A DNA stretch of 64,000 nt from an uncultured Actinomycetota bacterium (GTDB lineage: Bacteria > Actinomycetota > Actinomycetes > S36-B12 > UBA10799), in the NCBI GenBank assembly GCA_963732355.1, contig CAVSZD010000011.1, forward strand, positions 1,645 to 65,644. The letters are read 5' to 3'. The notes below the pieces were generated by a model. The model had not been told where the DNA came from. It ran no database searches and saw nothing but the letters and a program-made list of their open reading frames with translations. Below are positions 61,627-64,000 of the stretch, piece by piece. Numbering within the stretch: the stretch's first letter is position 1; each line of letters opens with the position of its first letter. The position numbers and the translations under genes are program-made.

Positions 61627-63369
61627 CGACCTTCCCCATCGGCACTCGTCTCTGGACGGTTCTCACCCTGCTCCTCGCCATCTGCCTACTGCCACTGAGC
61701 GCTGTTCAAGCTGTCGGTACCGGCACGCTCGGGGTTCAGGTGGATGCCCATTGGATCGCAGGCAACACCACGGCCCTTGCTGGAGCGACGGTCACCGCTG
61801 AGAACGTTCAGACGGGCGCCACAGTGTTGCTGTCCCCCTACGGCAACCCAGCCACCTCGAACTACTACCAGGCTCTCGGGTCTGCCTTACGGGCGCTACG
61901 TGATCCGGGCAGAGCGATCCGGATTCACCCCGGAGTACTGGCCGAGCCAATACGTTGCCAGCAACGCCGCCCAAGTCCAATTCGGGGACGCCCCGGGATG
62001 TAACCCCGCAGACGCTGCGACCTGCGATGTCCACCTTCTGGGCCTGCAACTGGACCAGGCCACGACACTGACGGGATCTGTGCGCCGCCGCAACGGGGCA
62101 CCGGTCCCGGCTGCCCTCGTGACAGCTCGTCGTGACGCTGAACCCGGTTATGCCCCCGGTGTGCAGACAGATGCGGAGGGCAAGTTCGCCCTGCAGGTGC
62201 CGCCAGGCGGGTATTCGGTGAGCACTGCCAACGGTAATACGACCGCGGAGGCCGCAGTCGTGTTGTCGGGTCCCGCGGTGCGGGATCTGACACTGCTGGA
62301 CCCACCGTCGGCCCCGCGCGAGGTAACGGCCACATCCGGCAACCGAAGCGCTCTAGTGGGATGGTCGTGGCCGGACAGTGACGGGGGCACACCGATCACC
62401 GGATTCGTGGTCACGGCCTCGCCGGGGGCAGCGACGTGTGCCACCACAGGGACCAGTTGCACCGTGACCGGCTTGGACAACGGCGTCGGGTACCGCTTCA
62501 CGGTTGCGGCGACAAATCGCGTGGGTACCAGCCCTGTCGCCGCTCCGAGTCAACAGGTGAGCCCGTCGGCAGCCACACCGGCGCCGGTCTCCAATGTGCG
62601 GGTGGCCCGGGGCGACCGGTCCGTGGACGCGACCTGGTCGGCGTCGGTGACTGAGGATGTTGTCGAGTACACAGCCACCGCGCGGCCCGGCGGTCTCAGC
62701 TGTTCGACCGCTGACCTGGGATGCACGATTCCACGACTGCGCAACGGCACTCAGTACACGGTTTCGGTGGTTGCCCGGTCGAGCGCAGGCCCCAGTACTG
62801 CCTCGGCTCCTTCGCGCACCGTCACACCCGCAGGGCTGCCGAGCGCCCCGAGGGCACTGCGGGTGAAAGCGCGACCCTCCAGCCTTCGCGTCACTTGGGC
62901 ACCACCGCTCGACGACGGCGGGGCACAAGTGAAGCAGTACGTCGCAACTGCCTGGCCGGGAGGAAGAACGTGTGCCACGGCATCGACGTCATGCTTGATT
63001 CGCGGGTTGAAGCCCGGCACCGATTACAGCGTGACGCTGCGAGCCACTAACACAATCGGCACTGGTGCCATGTCCCCAGGTTCGGCACCCGTGAGCCCTC
63101 AACCAGGTGCTGCCCCAGCGGCACTGAAGGGCCTGCGGATAGTGACGGCGGACGGCCAGATCAAGGTGCGATGGAAACCCGTGCCCAAGGCCTCGGCCTA
63201 CTGGGTTCGTCTGCGCCGGGCAGGGCAGAAACCCGGTGAATGGCTGGTCGTCACCAAACCCGCAGCCGTGTTCGCCGTGCGGCCAGGCCGACAGTCGGTT
63301 CAGATCCGGGTGGTCGGCCAGGGCGTGACCAGCCCTGTAACCACCAGGACGGTCACAGTGAGTCGGTGA
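61623..63369 (+). CDS. Secreted protein: carboxypeptidase-regulatory-like domains plus FN3 repeats (frameshift ~61878)
   Basis: Signal ending VQA; TDAEGKF; three PSAP...W..P..DGG...Y FN3-type units and a basic terminal domain. Confidence 0.8.
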
Positions 63370-64000
63370 GCATCTCCGCAGCCCGGTAGGGGTCGATCCC
63401 TCCGGCCAGAACAGCCCGGGCGAGTTCCTCGGCATTCCCGAGCCGTTCTCGAAGCTTGTCGACCGCGAGGGCCTCGATCTCACGGACCACCCGCTGCAGT
63501 CGACGCTGCTCCAGGTCTCCGGACGAGCGCGCCCACTGGCGATGCTCATCTACGACGGTGAGCAGTTCCGGGATCCCCTCCGCCCGTGTCGCCACCGCGG
63601 GGAGGACCCGCGGCATCCACGCCTCTGGGTGCCGGTGACCCAATGCGATCATGGCCCGCAGTTCCCGGGCGGTGGCTGGCGCTCCCTCCCGGTCGGCCTT
63701 GTTCACCACAAAGACGTCCCCGATCTCCAGGATTCCGGCTTTGGCCGCCTGGACACCGTCACCCATGCCAGGTGCCACAAGTACGACGATCGTGTCGGCC
63801 TGGCCAACCACCTCGACCTCGGACTGGCCGACCCCCACGGTTTCGAGAAGCACGACATCGAATCCGCAGGCATCCAGCACCCGAAGCGCCTGCGGTGTCG
63901 CGGCCGACAGCCCTCCGAGATGCCCGCGTGATGCCATCGAGCGGATGAAGACCCCGTCATCAGTGGCATGACTCTGCATCCGGACACGGTCACCGAGCAG
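63353..64000 (-). CDS. meaB: Methylmalonyl-CoA mutase-associated GTPase, 5' end outside window
   Basis: LLGDRVRM, FIRSMASRGHLGGL, ETVGVGQSE, KAGILE, NKAD. Confidence 0.93.
   Translation of the reverse strand: MLGDRVRMQSHATDDGVFIRSMASRGHLGGLSAATPQALRVLDACGFDVVLLETVGVGQSEVEVVGQADTIVVLVAPGMGDGVQAAKAGILEIGDVFVVNKADREGAPATARELRAMIALGHRHPEAWMPRVLPAVATRAEGIPELLTVVDEHRQWARSSGDLEQRRLQRVVREIEALAVDKLRERLGNAEELARAVLAGGIDPYRAAEMLTDSL

Overview
High-GC actinobacterial chromosomal segment; the lineage is inferred from gene content (DUF222-HNH, WS/DGAT, MMPL, SARP, frequent leaderless genes) and cannot be resolved further from sequence alone. It holds about 60 CDS, mostly metabolic, transport and secreted proteins: glpD, glgX, a FetAB-like ABC pair, a UvrA/DrrC-like ATPase, acyl-CoA dehydrogenases, prpE, SulP, an amino-acid ABC transporter, a PAS-GGDEF cyclase, MMPL, orn, trmB, pxpABC, WS/DGAT, USP and meaB, plus one tRNA-His. 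I see no prophage, integrase, IS transposase or CRISPR array. Main points of interest: (1) a heliorhodopsin in which both normally conserved His residues are Leu; (2) a SARP regulator with an 11-bp-phased GTGAC triple repeat in front of a small secreted protein; (3) a two-module acyl-CoA dehydrogenase fusion in an unexplained catabolic cluster; (4) an MMPL coupled to a long heptad-repeat protein; (5) an RDD protein with an expanding 16-aa repeat; (6) two REPIN-like hairpins with compensatory change and a flipped loop; (7) a tRNA-3'-end plus terminator duplication; (8) a recurring strongly basic C-terminal beta domain on unrelated secreted proteins. Nine genes carry single-base frameshifts, most likely long-read assembly errors. 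All family assignments come from motif recognition by eye, not from database searches.
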